A stretch of DNA of 64,000 bases from Tetramitus jugosus (lineage: Eukaryota > Protista > Heterolobosea), in contig OW569359.1 in assembly GCA_937625935.1 (NCBI GenBank), forward strand, positions 124,001 through 188,000, given 5' to 3'. The notes beneath the pieces were generated by a model. It was given only the letters and a program-made list of their open reading frames with translations, made no database searches and was not told the origin of the DNA. Positions 21,801-29,934 of this stretch are shown here, one piece after another; position 1 is the stretch's first letter; each line of letters opens with the position of its first letter. The translations under genes were made by a program, and so were the position numbers.

Positions 21801-23849
21801 GAGGAACCAAAGTATTTACAGTCTCTCCTCTCTTCTTTGTGGTATACGATCTATCGTTCAAAATTCGAGCTGAGCAAGCCCGTTTCTGATGCGGTTAAAA
21901 CAGTTCTCAATATTGCCCAAACTGCCTTTGAGTACAACTGCAACATATATAGATTTGTCAACTTTTTGCTCGATGAATTCATTCCTTCTTTGGAGAAAAG
22001 TGTTGATGCGAACACTGGACAATCAGTCATTTCACAAGTCGAAGTATTGCTCTGCAAATTTATATGGCAGTATGAATTTTTACCGTTAGATACTATTGTG
22101 CAGGCATTGACCGATCGAGCTGGCTCTCGAGTATTAAGCCAAGCGACAACTGACGTACAAACAGAAAGTACTTACCCAATACCATTACTCAAATATTTAT
22201 TATTGGTCGATACCCAATTCAGCAGTCGCGTGAAGTACTACATATATTTAGGAGTGCATATCAACCATTGGGAGGAACCAGACTACTTTATGAAACATGC
22301 CAAATATCACGACAAATATCCTGAGAGTTGGGGAATTCATTTTTCCCCGGGAACTGCTAAACCGGAACATCTCCCCAGTTACTATGGCAATTTATGTCTT
22401 CGAATGATATCAATACTGGACTTGTTGTTGAGAAGACTAATAGAAGTAGGAGACAATGTTTTCTTCATTGAACTCATGGATAGATACACTCCTCTTCTCT
22501 TGTATCACGACTTTTCATTATCCTTTGTGAAGCAACTCTTCACGTACTACTTTGATACTTCGCACAAACTCATATTTGATCATGCAGTACAGAAGAGAAT
22601 TTTGCAATTCGCGATTGCTTGTGGAGCCAACTTCAGTCCGGAGCTTGTAATGTGGATTAGCCAGACAAACAGCGAATCAAACAATGCTGAGAGTTTCGCA
22701 ACTAATTACTTTGTACAAAGGATTCGCTATGCAGCATCAGTGATGCCAAGCACGACTCGCGCATCTGCCAATGATACATGCCCAATCGATCGTTTCAAAG
22801 AATTTTCAACCCCTTTCGAGCAAAGGATTAATGAGCTTGTAATTGAGATACTAGCTGTTCCCCTCCCTCTAAGCGAGAAACTAACGCGACTTATGAACTC
22901 GATAACTGCATGTTGTGAGAATCCAGAACAATTTGATTTTATCAATAGCATAGACGCCTACAGAATGACAACCACTACTGGCGTTCTTCTGACAAGTCTA
23001 CCTCAATTCGCTACGAGTAACTGCTTAGTAGATTACTTGCGAAAGTACCTAGTAACCAACAATAATATTGTCCTTAATGACTACGTTACCATGACAGGGG
23101 AAGCAACCTATAAGGCAAATATTCAATCAGAGCAGCAAGTAGGTGAATATTTGATAGACAATGGAGACACAGCATTGCTCTCAATTTTGCACACATTCTT
23201 CGGCAATGCCACCATCGATGGAATCAACAATCTAAAGGTTATTCTACAAGACTGTAATACTTCCATTCATAGCGCTCGAGCTCGAATACCAAATGAGAAG
23301 CAATGGATTTCTGCCATCAACCTGAATCATGTTTACTTCTTTTGCCGATTGGTAGGACCACTTCTACATCTTTTGCAAGAGCAACCATTCTCGAAAGGCA
23401 CCAAGGGTTCCCTGGACACAATTGATAGATTATTTACAGAGTTATTCAAGTCATTGTGTTATGTTACTGACACACCGATAGGACAGTATCTGGACTCCCT
23501 CAACGCAGCAAGTGAACGTACAACCCCTCTACTCAGTAAGGGTGCTAAAAAGAGGACGTTCGATGAGATGAATGAATCACAGATAGAGTTTCTGGATCAC
23601 TCAACTGTCTTCCAAGTTCTAAATCAACAGCTATCTCATCAAAGTATACCAGTTCTCCAAAACGAGCTCTCAAATGAAGCTCGCTCGGTAATCTACGAAC
23701 AAATTATGGATTTTCTACATCATGTGCATAATCTGGTGTCCAGTAGTATTTCCCCTCAGGTACGCAATCATCTGATTCAAGAACTGAAATCCTTCTGCTC
23801 AGATCCAACCATCCAACGTGACCTGCTGGTGATGATATCTGGAGAATAG
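18825..23849 (+). CDS. MED23: Mediator subunit 23-like
   Basis: 1674-aa helical ORF; HAKYHDKYPE...LPSYYGNLCLRMISILDLLLRRLIE...YHDFSLSFVKQLFTYY matches the conserved MED23 C-terminal block as I recall it. Start codon uncertain. Confidence 0.75.
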   Translation: MLQVLIHVIQQCHQHVLTHQPPLYVVPTSSTTSTTPSVPVVSILSHLLLQVNSLSNRPNLSQKLKAHQLLTLIHNNASSIIDMILKELNLQFISCIVGVSSVDHVLYMPTQQQQHQQQSSAQQPSSFMSLNTTADLFDRYNRKMKMEAVRSTLSMSSSHTQLSQQMTNVSDYLLLMQQWVQVGTKECASLIELITEILVHYRGTTHFISPNYYRIVTRLLQFLFTVLNTYKCEDKSKESILKMLLLRCEDSKDRLYHAEESGSEIIVLIQSLLETIVMSKYRLRFYKVLKVIHEHETFARNSRLQSSASATTASDTTEESKPNLLTDPFNDRNLQIMLGPLFHYIRMRRDRLKQMVTLSGHYARCPTFLYHLDGFQASAVMLGSIQSLKSSDNDILFAFSASEPKISSVEWNTRVMQLVSMLSQQANPEAFSYMLAQNAHLKELKTEVSKVFAPKYTAKMLNEAIVYRILQILNEKQSVPQAEDMFVNVSQGNIGKWITLADQIYSLISPASDFRQIVVGEPENLYQSINESTMSIRKAVELYGDDVKDHFVLWIILQMVPLYGEYCNPALTEDLLCLVSELMHKKYTSWKPHELELLHYHHQFIMQRLANLNQITFSGRFMSRHVQQWRIESEKALDYYNLDGVARKNLFLLSTYLSQPISQEILKFLETVDQTRTDVDDDSPSLDVTHVPQAGYTNSVVNAISRYVGKRKPLDVNVLLVLSTHSRKKLYTLLEKCIFRQDLVTAVQPSILETFVRITYCSPSFYYPDSKLTLMQSIPLDHSGRFVIMEMLNFRMMRFFKYTNTEKLFVLVSQYMKVWSEMKSSAVNNHRFYLTLENLFLKIILYLVNDLQRLSDFIVLFRPLKTHYTECVRRIVIFTIARILKLRGISAFTSHECTNQLMKTLTEQCSDVFNDIIYSESRMQFFPMSLKSSLTKRKSVQQAKTRPTHLNEIVMSIVQQTYSTTNLFLEKLIANQTQKLEDLIVESRKKFSEEPKYLQSLLSSLWYTIYRSKFELSKPVSDAVKTVLNIAQTAFEYNCNIYRFVNFLLDEFIPSLEKSVDANTGQSVISQVEVLLCKFIWQYEFLPLDTIVQALTDRAGSRVLSQATTDVQTESTYPIPLLKYLLLVDTQFSSRVKYYIYLGVHINHWEEPDYFMKHAKYHDKYPESWGIHFSPGTAKPEHLPSYYGNLCLRMISILDLLLRRLIEVGDNVFFIELMDRYTPLLLYHDFSLSFVKQLFTYYFDTSHKLIFDHAVQKRILQFAIACGANFSPELVMWISQTNSESNNAESFATNYFVQRIRYAASVMPSTTRASANDTCPIDRFKEFSTPFEQRINELVIEILAVPLPLSEKLTRLMNSITACCENPEQFDFINSIDAYRMTTTTGVLLTSLPQFATSNCLVDYLRKYLVTNNNIVLNDYVTMTGEATYKANIQSEQQVGEYLIDNGDTALLSILHTFFGNATIDGINNLKVILQDCNTSIHSARARIPNEKQWISAINLNHVYFFCRLVGPLLHLLQEQPFSKGTKGSLDTIDRLFTELFKSLCYVTDTPIGQYLDSLNAASERTTPLLSKGAKKRTFDEMNESQIEFLDHSTVFQVLNQQLSHQSIPVLQNELSNEARSVIYEQIMDFLHHVHNLVSSSISPQVRNHLIQELKSFCSDPTIQRDLLVMISGE

Positions 23850-24045
23850 GTGATAGAATGATATGGGCCGAGATTGAGACTCCAATGAAACGCGTTTGTT
23901 GTTGGTTTGCAAAGCAACGAATAAACAACTCCTTCCAGCATCATCTGAATCCTCTCCGACAGAAGAATGGTGTCCGAAGTTCAGAAAAAACCTCAGACTC
24001 ACTATTTAACTTCATTCATCAAAACTCAAAATCAAACAAACCATA

Positions 24046-24640
24046 ATGGAAGATTAGAAAACTTGTTCAGTACGGAGACTCACTAATTGTGTTTGGTTCC
24101 GGGATTTGGAAAATTAATGTGAAGACTCTTCATGAGCAGTGCTTAAGTAATGAATGTTGGAACGGAACATTGGGTATACCATGCAGCCGGAAAGGGATGA
24201 CTACCAAAGCGTTATTCACCATTGACAATACCATTTTCGTCATTTGTCAAAGGTTTGGTCATTCTCCCCAGATACCGTTAATGAATATCTGTGCGTGAAT
24301 CATGAAGATTGGGGATCAACCATCCCAACCGCTTTGATTCCATTGATTGGTAGCAACAAGTACCTTGAGCAACGGTAGTTCAGTTCAACTTTCATCTGAC
24401 AATTGGCACTCAACCAGAGCAATTGTTTATTTAGCACTTTGAGTGATGGCTGTTCTGTAACCAATAATGAGGATTGGACCAATACTTGTTGTACATTGCG
24501 AGTAACAACAAGGTTTGGGTTCTCAATCCTGTTACAGGAAAGTACGAGAGTGCAAGAACCGAATCCTCTTGGACTTAAAAAGAGAGAACGAACGTCTCCG
24601 AGCTGAGCTTGAAGAGAAGAACAACCAAATGGACAAGGGT
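24046..24640 (+). pseudogene. Decayed repeat (beta-propeller-like) gene fragments flanking the transposon
   Basis: Recurring motif LSNECWNGT / VNHEDWGST / TNNEDWTNT in different frames, separated by stops and frameshifts. Confidence 0.4.
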
Positions 24641-24644
24641 TTAA

Positions 24645-24659
24645 GGATGTAGTTCGGTG
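24645..24659 (+). repeat. Left terminal inverted repeat
   Basis: GGATGTAGTTCGGTG, reverse complement of 28169-28183 with 1 mismatch. Confidence 0.88.
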
Positions 24660-24758
24660 AAATAAAACCCATAATAAAAAAATTATGATTTCCCGAGAAG
24701 ACACCTTAACGCTCCTACATAATCGGGACTTACATAGCAGCTTGATGGAGTGAGCCTT
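24645..24758 (-). ncRNA. Putative Fanzor omegaRNA scaffold (3' part)
   Basis: Lies between the truncated Fanzor ORF and the element end. Stem TCCCGA/TCGGGA, hairpin CATAAT/ATTATG, and loop ATGTAG complementary to terminal CTACAT (pseudoknot). Confidence 0.55.
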
Positions 24759-26295
24759 GGAGGTGTTCCACCATTTTGATTAATTCTTTTGCGACCAAAA
24801 CCAGCATTGTCCATCCCAATTAACATGGTTCTTCCATTTGCTCTCTTTCGAAAGTCATTCATAACATTGGCAATCGTCTTATCTCTCATTATATAGCTAT
24901 CCCAATTCAGTCTCTTCACCCCAACAAATCATCCTCGACTTTCAATACAGAATTGATGTGTTCAAGGAACAGACCACTTGTTGGTACACCGGCCTGTTTG
25001 ATTGAGTTTTGGAGTTCATCCAAGTTCTTCTCATTCATTTCGTTCCATTCTGCTTTGTATTTCAACAATCGCTTGGAGTTTTTCGAATGGTGGGACAGAT
25101 GTCTATATGTTTTGTTAGACAACTCCCACTTCTTGCCATCTGAATCAACACAACTCACCAACGTAACAATACCCGGGTCAATCCCAACCAAATATTCAGC
25201 ACCTTCGTTCATACTTGTTTCCTTCTTTCTCTTCTTTGCTTCTTTCTGGTCCTTGGATTCCTTTGCCTTATTGTTCTTGTGATTGCCAACGAGTTGATGT
25301 CTGAGAACAACAGAGGCCTGAATACCGTCAGTTCTGATTGAGTCGATTTGAATCTTCTTTGTTCCAACATTCAAACACTTGAGATTACACTTCAATTCAG
25401 TTGACTCCTCGCCCTTCTTTTGTCTTCCTTGTTTCTTCTGTTTAAGCATATCAACTAATTCCTTTGTGCCAATCTCCATACACCTGCACTTGAAATGAGA
25501 CAAAGGAAGTAGTGCAAACGATTTCATATCATTGTTGATCAGAAATTGTTGAACATGCCAGTAAAACTTCAGCATGTTATTGGTGTTGTTCTTCACAAAT
25601 GATTCATCAATTACTTCATCAGTTTTAGCATCAACAAGTGTTCGAACCTCTCGGATCAACACAGGAATCGTCTCTATCAACTCTTTTGGAGGCAATTTGA
25701 TAAAATCGTGGACAGGAGTGCTAAATGTCAACCTTCTGATAATGTATTCAACAACCCTTCTTTGTTCTGACTTTGGAATAGATGAGTCACTGTGTAGTTG
25801 ATTCATTCTGACCCTCAGATACTTCCTCAGTCTTGGTTCCAATGTGAACTTGAGCATGTTGGAGATGTTGACATTGAGAGACCTGGCAACATAATTGATG
25901 GACGTGGCAAAACTCTGATAAATCTTTCTGAGTTTGACTACTACATCGTCCATGTTGACAGACTCGTTGATGAGACTTAAGTTATTGTCTCTTGGTTTTG
26001 AATTGCGTCCAAACAACACAGAACCTAATCTTTGAAGAAACACTTGATCTAATAAAGGGATTTGATAGTCAGACTCCAAGTGCCTCAAAACGAATATGTT
26101 TATAAATCTTGTGAGTCGAAGAGCAATCCTTGTAATCTCCAGAGCTTGAGTCTGTATGATTGGTAACAGAGTTGGATGATGCAACAACAGAGACTTCAGA
26201 CCGACCTTGACCACGTAATGTGATGAGTATTCATTTTTTTTGACAGTCTCTCTCTTTCTCTTTCTCTTGCCGTCCTTCGGCACGCCTCGTGGCAT
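24683..26295 (-). pseudogene. Fanzor1 (eukaryotic TnpB-family RNA-guided nuclease), frameshifted and C-terminally deleted
   Basis: N-terminal NLS-like KRKRKR; VVKVGLKSLL; FALLPL; IRTDGIQASVVL; RuvC-I YLVGIDPGIVTLVS. After a frameshift at about 24918: KRLNWDSYIMRDKTIANVMN...LIGMDNAGFG...GGTPP. No downstream DE..TS/CxxC/RD segment in any frame. Confidence 0.85.
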
Positions 26296-26302
26296 AATGT
26301 TA

Positions 26303-26348
26303 TTGTATTTGTTGTGTGTTGTATTTGTTGTGTTGTATTTGTTGTGTG
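26303..26348 (+). repeat. 3x tandem TTGTATTTGTTGTG(TG) immediately upstream of the Fanzor ATG
   Basis: Units at 26303-26318, 26319-26332 and 26333-26348. Confidence 0.85.
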
Positions 26349-26629
26349 AGTTGAATCAAACAGCGAAAAAGACAGCGCTTTTTAAACCGAGGAAGATGGC
26401 CGTTGCCGTTGTAAAGACAGTCTCAACGGAAATTTTTACAACTGCGCCAATTCCGCAGCTTAGAGGAAACTGATACAACATTTATTGTATTTTTTTAAAA
26501 TATATCCACCTATCTATCCAATCTTGAACCAACGAAAAACTTTCTCTCTGACACGACAACAACAACAACGAAAAACACAAGTCGCACAACGAACATCAAC
26601 AACAACAACGACCAAATCAATCAAAAAAG

Positions 26630-26735
26630 ATGGAGAGTCGACAAGAGGTGTCTTTTTGCAGCATTTGATCTCTGGTGTTGGCAAGTTGTTGAGTGCTGAG
26701 AGAGCGAGTCTGTTCCTCTTGTTGAGTGAAGAAGT
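26630..26735 (+). pseudogene. Captured 5' gene fragment with a GAF-like segment
   Basis: CAA-rich leader, ATG at 26630, then out-of-frame FLQHLISGVGKLLSAERASLFLL resembling the first helix and strand of GAF domains. Confidence 0.45.
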
Positions 26736-26745
26736 TTATTCTCTA

Positions 26746-27495
26746 TTAAATAGCAATCTCGGCATACTTTTCAGAATCACTCCTCTTCTTGGATCTCAAA
26801 TAGTTGATAGTGTTGCGATAGAAGACATTGGTTGGTGCAAAGACATCATCAGGAGTCTCCTCTTCTTCAATCTTTGAGATATTGTCAGCGATTAGATCAA
26901 TGAGACCGTTAATGTACTCGGCAGTCACCTTGTCATTGTCCTTGTCAAAGTGATAAGCGTACACGTTCAAAATGTCAACAAACAATGGAATTTGTTGTGC
27001 AGGCATGCATGCCTTGACAATCTTCAACGACCATTGCAAGCATTCAAGTGCCTTTGAACTGTTCTGAAGCTCTTCGTTATTCACGAACGGCCAGAACAGA
27101 TGAGAGCAAGTGAAGCCAGCTCTGCACTGATCAGGCTTCCTCAATAGCTTGGATGAGTATTGGCAGGTCTTTGTGGACAATGTGTCATAGTTTTCGCATC
27201 TCACAATGCTCAGTGCAATAAACTTTCTCTGTTCATATCCAAGAGAATGAATAATATCACCATACTTCTCCAACTTCAAAACTGTTAGCACATTGTTGTA
27301 TGACTCGAGTGGCACCAACAACAATCGCTTCAACATCTCTACAATTTCATCTGAAGCAAGTGCAGTGCTATTCAATTGACTAGCAATGTTATTAATAATC
27401 TTGTTGACATAGTCAGTGTTATCAGGATATGTTTGAAGAGCAAGTGTCATCAATGAGATCTGAATACTCAAGTTATCGGACAATTCAACACCTCT
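26746..27495 (-). pseudogene. VPS35: Captured VPS35 (retromer) fragment with an internal in-frame deletion
   Basis: SIQISLMTLALQTYPDNTDYVNKII, LLLVPLESYNNVLTVLKLEKY and TKTCQYSSKLLRKPDQCRAGFTCSHLFW are VPS35 motifs. The N-terminal ~300 aa are absent, as are roughly 200 aa between ALSIVRC and ENYDTL. Confidence 0.85.
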
Positions 27496-27613
27496 CTAAT
27501 GGTATCAATAGGACAGAATTTGACAAACGTCAGAAAACTCACACTCATCAGGTCACTCGCATTCACGATGTCCTTCAGAGTGTTTGTTTTCTGTTTTTTG
27601 CAAGTTTTTTTTG

Positions 27614-27955
27614 ATGAAAAAAATCAATGAACAAATGGGAAAACAAGGAAAAGGCGCCAAAAGAAGACATAACCAACACCAACAATTGGTAAAGTTTGGA
27701 GTCAAAAGAAAAGTAAGAATAACCGATATACATATTGATTTATTTGTGTATCTAGTTGGTTCGTTCCTTGGTGTAGAAGATGTGTTGAATTTGGTATTGA
27801 CGTGTCGGGATTTTCGATCTTCGATAGTCAATAATCTATCAACAATAAGGTCTTATATGGACAATTTGTACTCACACTGTTTGGCCGTTTGCAAGTCAGG
27901 CTTACCGTGCAAATTGCAAAGGAAATTTTTTGTGCCTGTTTTGATTGCTTGTTGA
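27614..27955 (+). pseudogene. F-box-like ORF fragment inside the transposon
   Basis: ITDIHIDLFVYLVGSFLGVEDVLNLVLTCRDFR fits the F-box pattern; no substrate-binding domain follows. Confidence 0.5.
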
Positions 27956-28168
27956 ATCAACCAGTACTTGACCGCATCCTGGGCAGAACCATGAGGCAGT
28001 GTTCATTATAATACTCTTGGCTGAGACGGAACCACAGCCGGAACAGAACCATTGATGAGATGTGGCAACCATGATCGTAAGCTTGTGTTTGTGATTGGGT
28101 GTCGTGCACCTGTTTTTTTGGGCAGTCTGGAAAATTTATAGGTAGAGTTCTATTTATACGTTGAGGTC

Positions 28169-28183
28169 CAACGAACTACATCC
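28169..28183 (-). repeat. Right terminal inverted repeat
   Basis: CAACGAACTACATCC followed by TTAA. Confidence 0.88.
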
Positions 28184-28262
28184 TTAAAAATAGTCGGTGG
28201 TTTGCACTCATTGAATAAAATACAATCAACAGTTGTTATTTTCATGTTTACAAACAAAAAAC

Positions 28263-29603
28263 ATGATCAACTCAATTTCTCACAACTGCTACCAAGCCTC
28301 ACTTGGGGTTCTCTTTCTTGTCTGCTCCTTGTCTCTTTTATGGCAGTTTACATTGGCACAATTTGACTTGCCTCTCTCGGACCAACAACTTCGATTGCTG
28401 CACTCGCTCATTCCCGATGAGTCACCAGAGTTTCAAAGTCTCCTTCTATCGGCTCCTTCCGAGGACTTTTACAAAAATGTGACGGAGTTGATTGAAGCAC
28501 GTGGTTTTCCATGGGAACAACACTATGTTACAACAAAGGATGGTTTCATTCTGTCCATGCAAAGAATTCCGCACGGAAGAAAGAAAAATTCCCCCAGCCC
28601 AAAAAAGGTTGCTCTCCTGCAACACGGACTCCTTGACGCCTCTGAAACATGGGTCCAGAACTTTGAAGATGAAAGTTTGGCCTTTATGCTGGCCGATTCT
28701 GGATGCGATGTGTGGTTAGGCAACGTACGGGGCAACATGTACTCCAACCGTCACGTTCACTATCAACCAACCAAGGATAAGGAGTTTTGGAATTGGAGTT
28801 TTGATGAAATGGCAATGATTGATTTGCCTACAATGATTGAATACGTTCTTAAACAAACTGGTCAAAGTCAACTAGATGCCTATATCGGTCATAGTCAAGG
28901 CACCATTATGGGATTCGCTTGTTTCTCATCCGGCACCAATTGCTCCACATCCACAATGACGGACGCATCCTCGCATGTCAAACAGTTTGTGGCATTAGCT
29001 CCGGTAGCGTATGTGAGTCATGTCAAGAGTGGACTCTTGAGATGGATGGCTGCTGTTCATGCGGACCAATGGCTCATTCACCTAGGTTTCAACGATTTTC
29101 TTCCATCCAACAAATGGTTACAAAAGTGGGTCCCTGAACTCTGTCACAACACCCTTGTCGGTCAACCGTTCTGTGCTCAAGTGTACTGTGCGTTCGCAGG
29201 ATGTGACTCACTGCGAGATAACGTGAATCGAACTCGATTAAGCACATACTTTTCTCATCTTCCTGCAGGTACCAGTGTGATGAATATAGCTCATTGGGCA
29301 CAGATGGTTCGTACAGGAAGATTCGAAATGCTCGACATGGGCACTCCCGAGAATAACATGGAAAGATATGGTCAAGATTCACCACCCATGTATCACATCT
29401 CAAATTTAAATGTAGACTTGAGTTTGTTCTACGGTGGTGTCGATACATTGGGCACTGTTGAAGACTTGAAATCTTGGTTACCATTGATACCACAGAACAG
29501 AGTCAAACAAGTCAAATACCTGGCAAACTATGGACACTTGGACATTGTGTGGGGCATTCGTGCCAACAGAGACATTTACGAACATATTATTCGCAAATTG
29601 TAG
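28263..29603 (+). CDS. Acid lipase (LIPA/gastric lipase family)
   Basis: Signal peptide; VTTKDGFILSMQRIP, LQHGLLD, WLGNVRGN, GHSQG nucleophile elbow, YGHLDIVWG. Confidence 0.95.
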   Translation: MINSISHNCYQASLGVLFLVCSLSLLWQFTLAQFDLPLSDQQLRLLHSLIPDESPEFQSLLLSAPSEDFYKNVTELIEARGFPWEQHYVTTKDGFILSMQRIPHGRKKNSPSPKKVALLQHGLLDASETWVQNFEDESLAFMLADSGCDVWLGNVRGNMYSNRHVHYQPTKDKEFWNWSFDEMAMIDLPTMIEYVLKQTGQSQLDAYIGHSQGTIMGFACFSSGTNCSTSTMTDASSHVKQFVALAPVAYVSHVKSGLLRWMAAVHADQWLIHLGFNDFLPSNKWLQKWVPELCHNTLVGQPFCAQVYCAFAGCDSLRDNVNRTRLSTYFSHLPAGTSVMNIAHWAQMVRTGRFEMLDMGTPENNMERYGQDSPPMYHISNLNVDLSLFYGGVDTLGTVEDLKSWLPLIPQNRVKQVKYLANYGHLDIVWGIRANRDIYEHIIRKL

Positions 29604-29934
29604 TGCCCAAAGTGGACCAAAAATGCACAAGTACTAGATGTTGTTTGTCTAAATCGGGTAATGACCACTCTGGAGCCAGTATACCTCGCTTTGAACAAAA
29701 GAGTACTCTTTCCCCGATTTGATGTCCCATAGGAGGAAATCTCGGATCGCTCTTTAAATAAAAGGAAACTAACCTATCGATTTGACCAGGTTTTACAGAT
29801 TCGCTCGTACGTGTCTAAAAAGCCTGTGCTTATTTTTAACAGACCCAACAGGGGATTGTATCTATTCACTTCCTCTATCCTCCTTGCAGTGCAAGAAAGA
29901 CAACCAGACAATTGCTTTCCAATACCAAAGAGGG

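Larger units (their letters stand above)
24645..28183. mobile_element. Non-autonomous TIR DNA transposon with TTAA TSD (Kolobok-like termini) carrying Fanzor1 and captured host fragments
   Basis: Left end TTAA(24641-24644)|GGATGTAGTTCGGTG; right end CAACGAACTACATCC(28169-28183)|TTAA(28184-28187). TIR is 12 bp perfect and 14/15 extended. No transposase ORF is recognisable inside. Confidence 0.85.

Noticed and set aside
24300-24704. 134-aa minus-strand ORF as the missing Fanzor C-terminus
   Set aside because: It crosses the TIR/TSD into flanking DNA and lacks the DE..TS, CxxC and RD motifs.
26303-26348. CRISPR-like array next to the RuvC gene
   Set aside because: Tandem units without unique spacers; a simple UTR minisatellite.
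24641-28187. piggyBac or Harbinger assignment for the element
   Set aside because: piggyBac termini begin CC/YY, not GG; no matching 3-bp TWA direct duplication can be drawn, whereas TTAA fits both sides.
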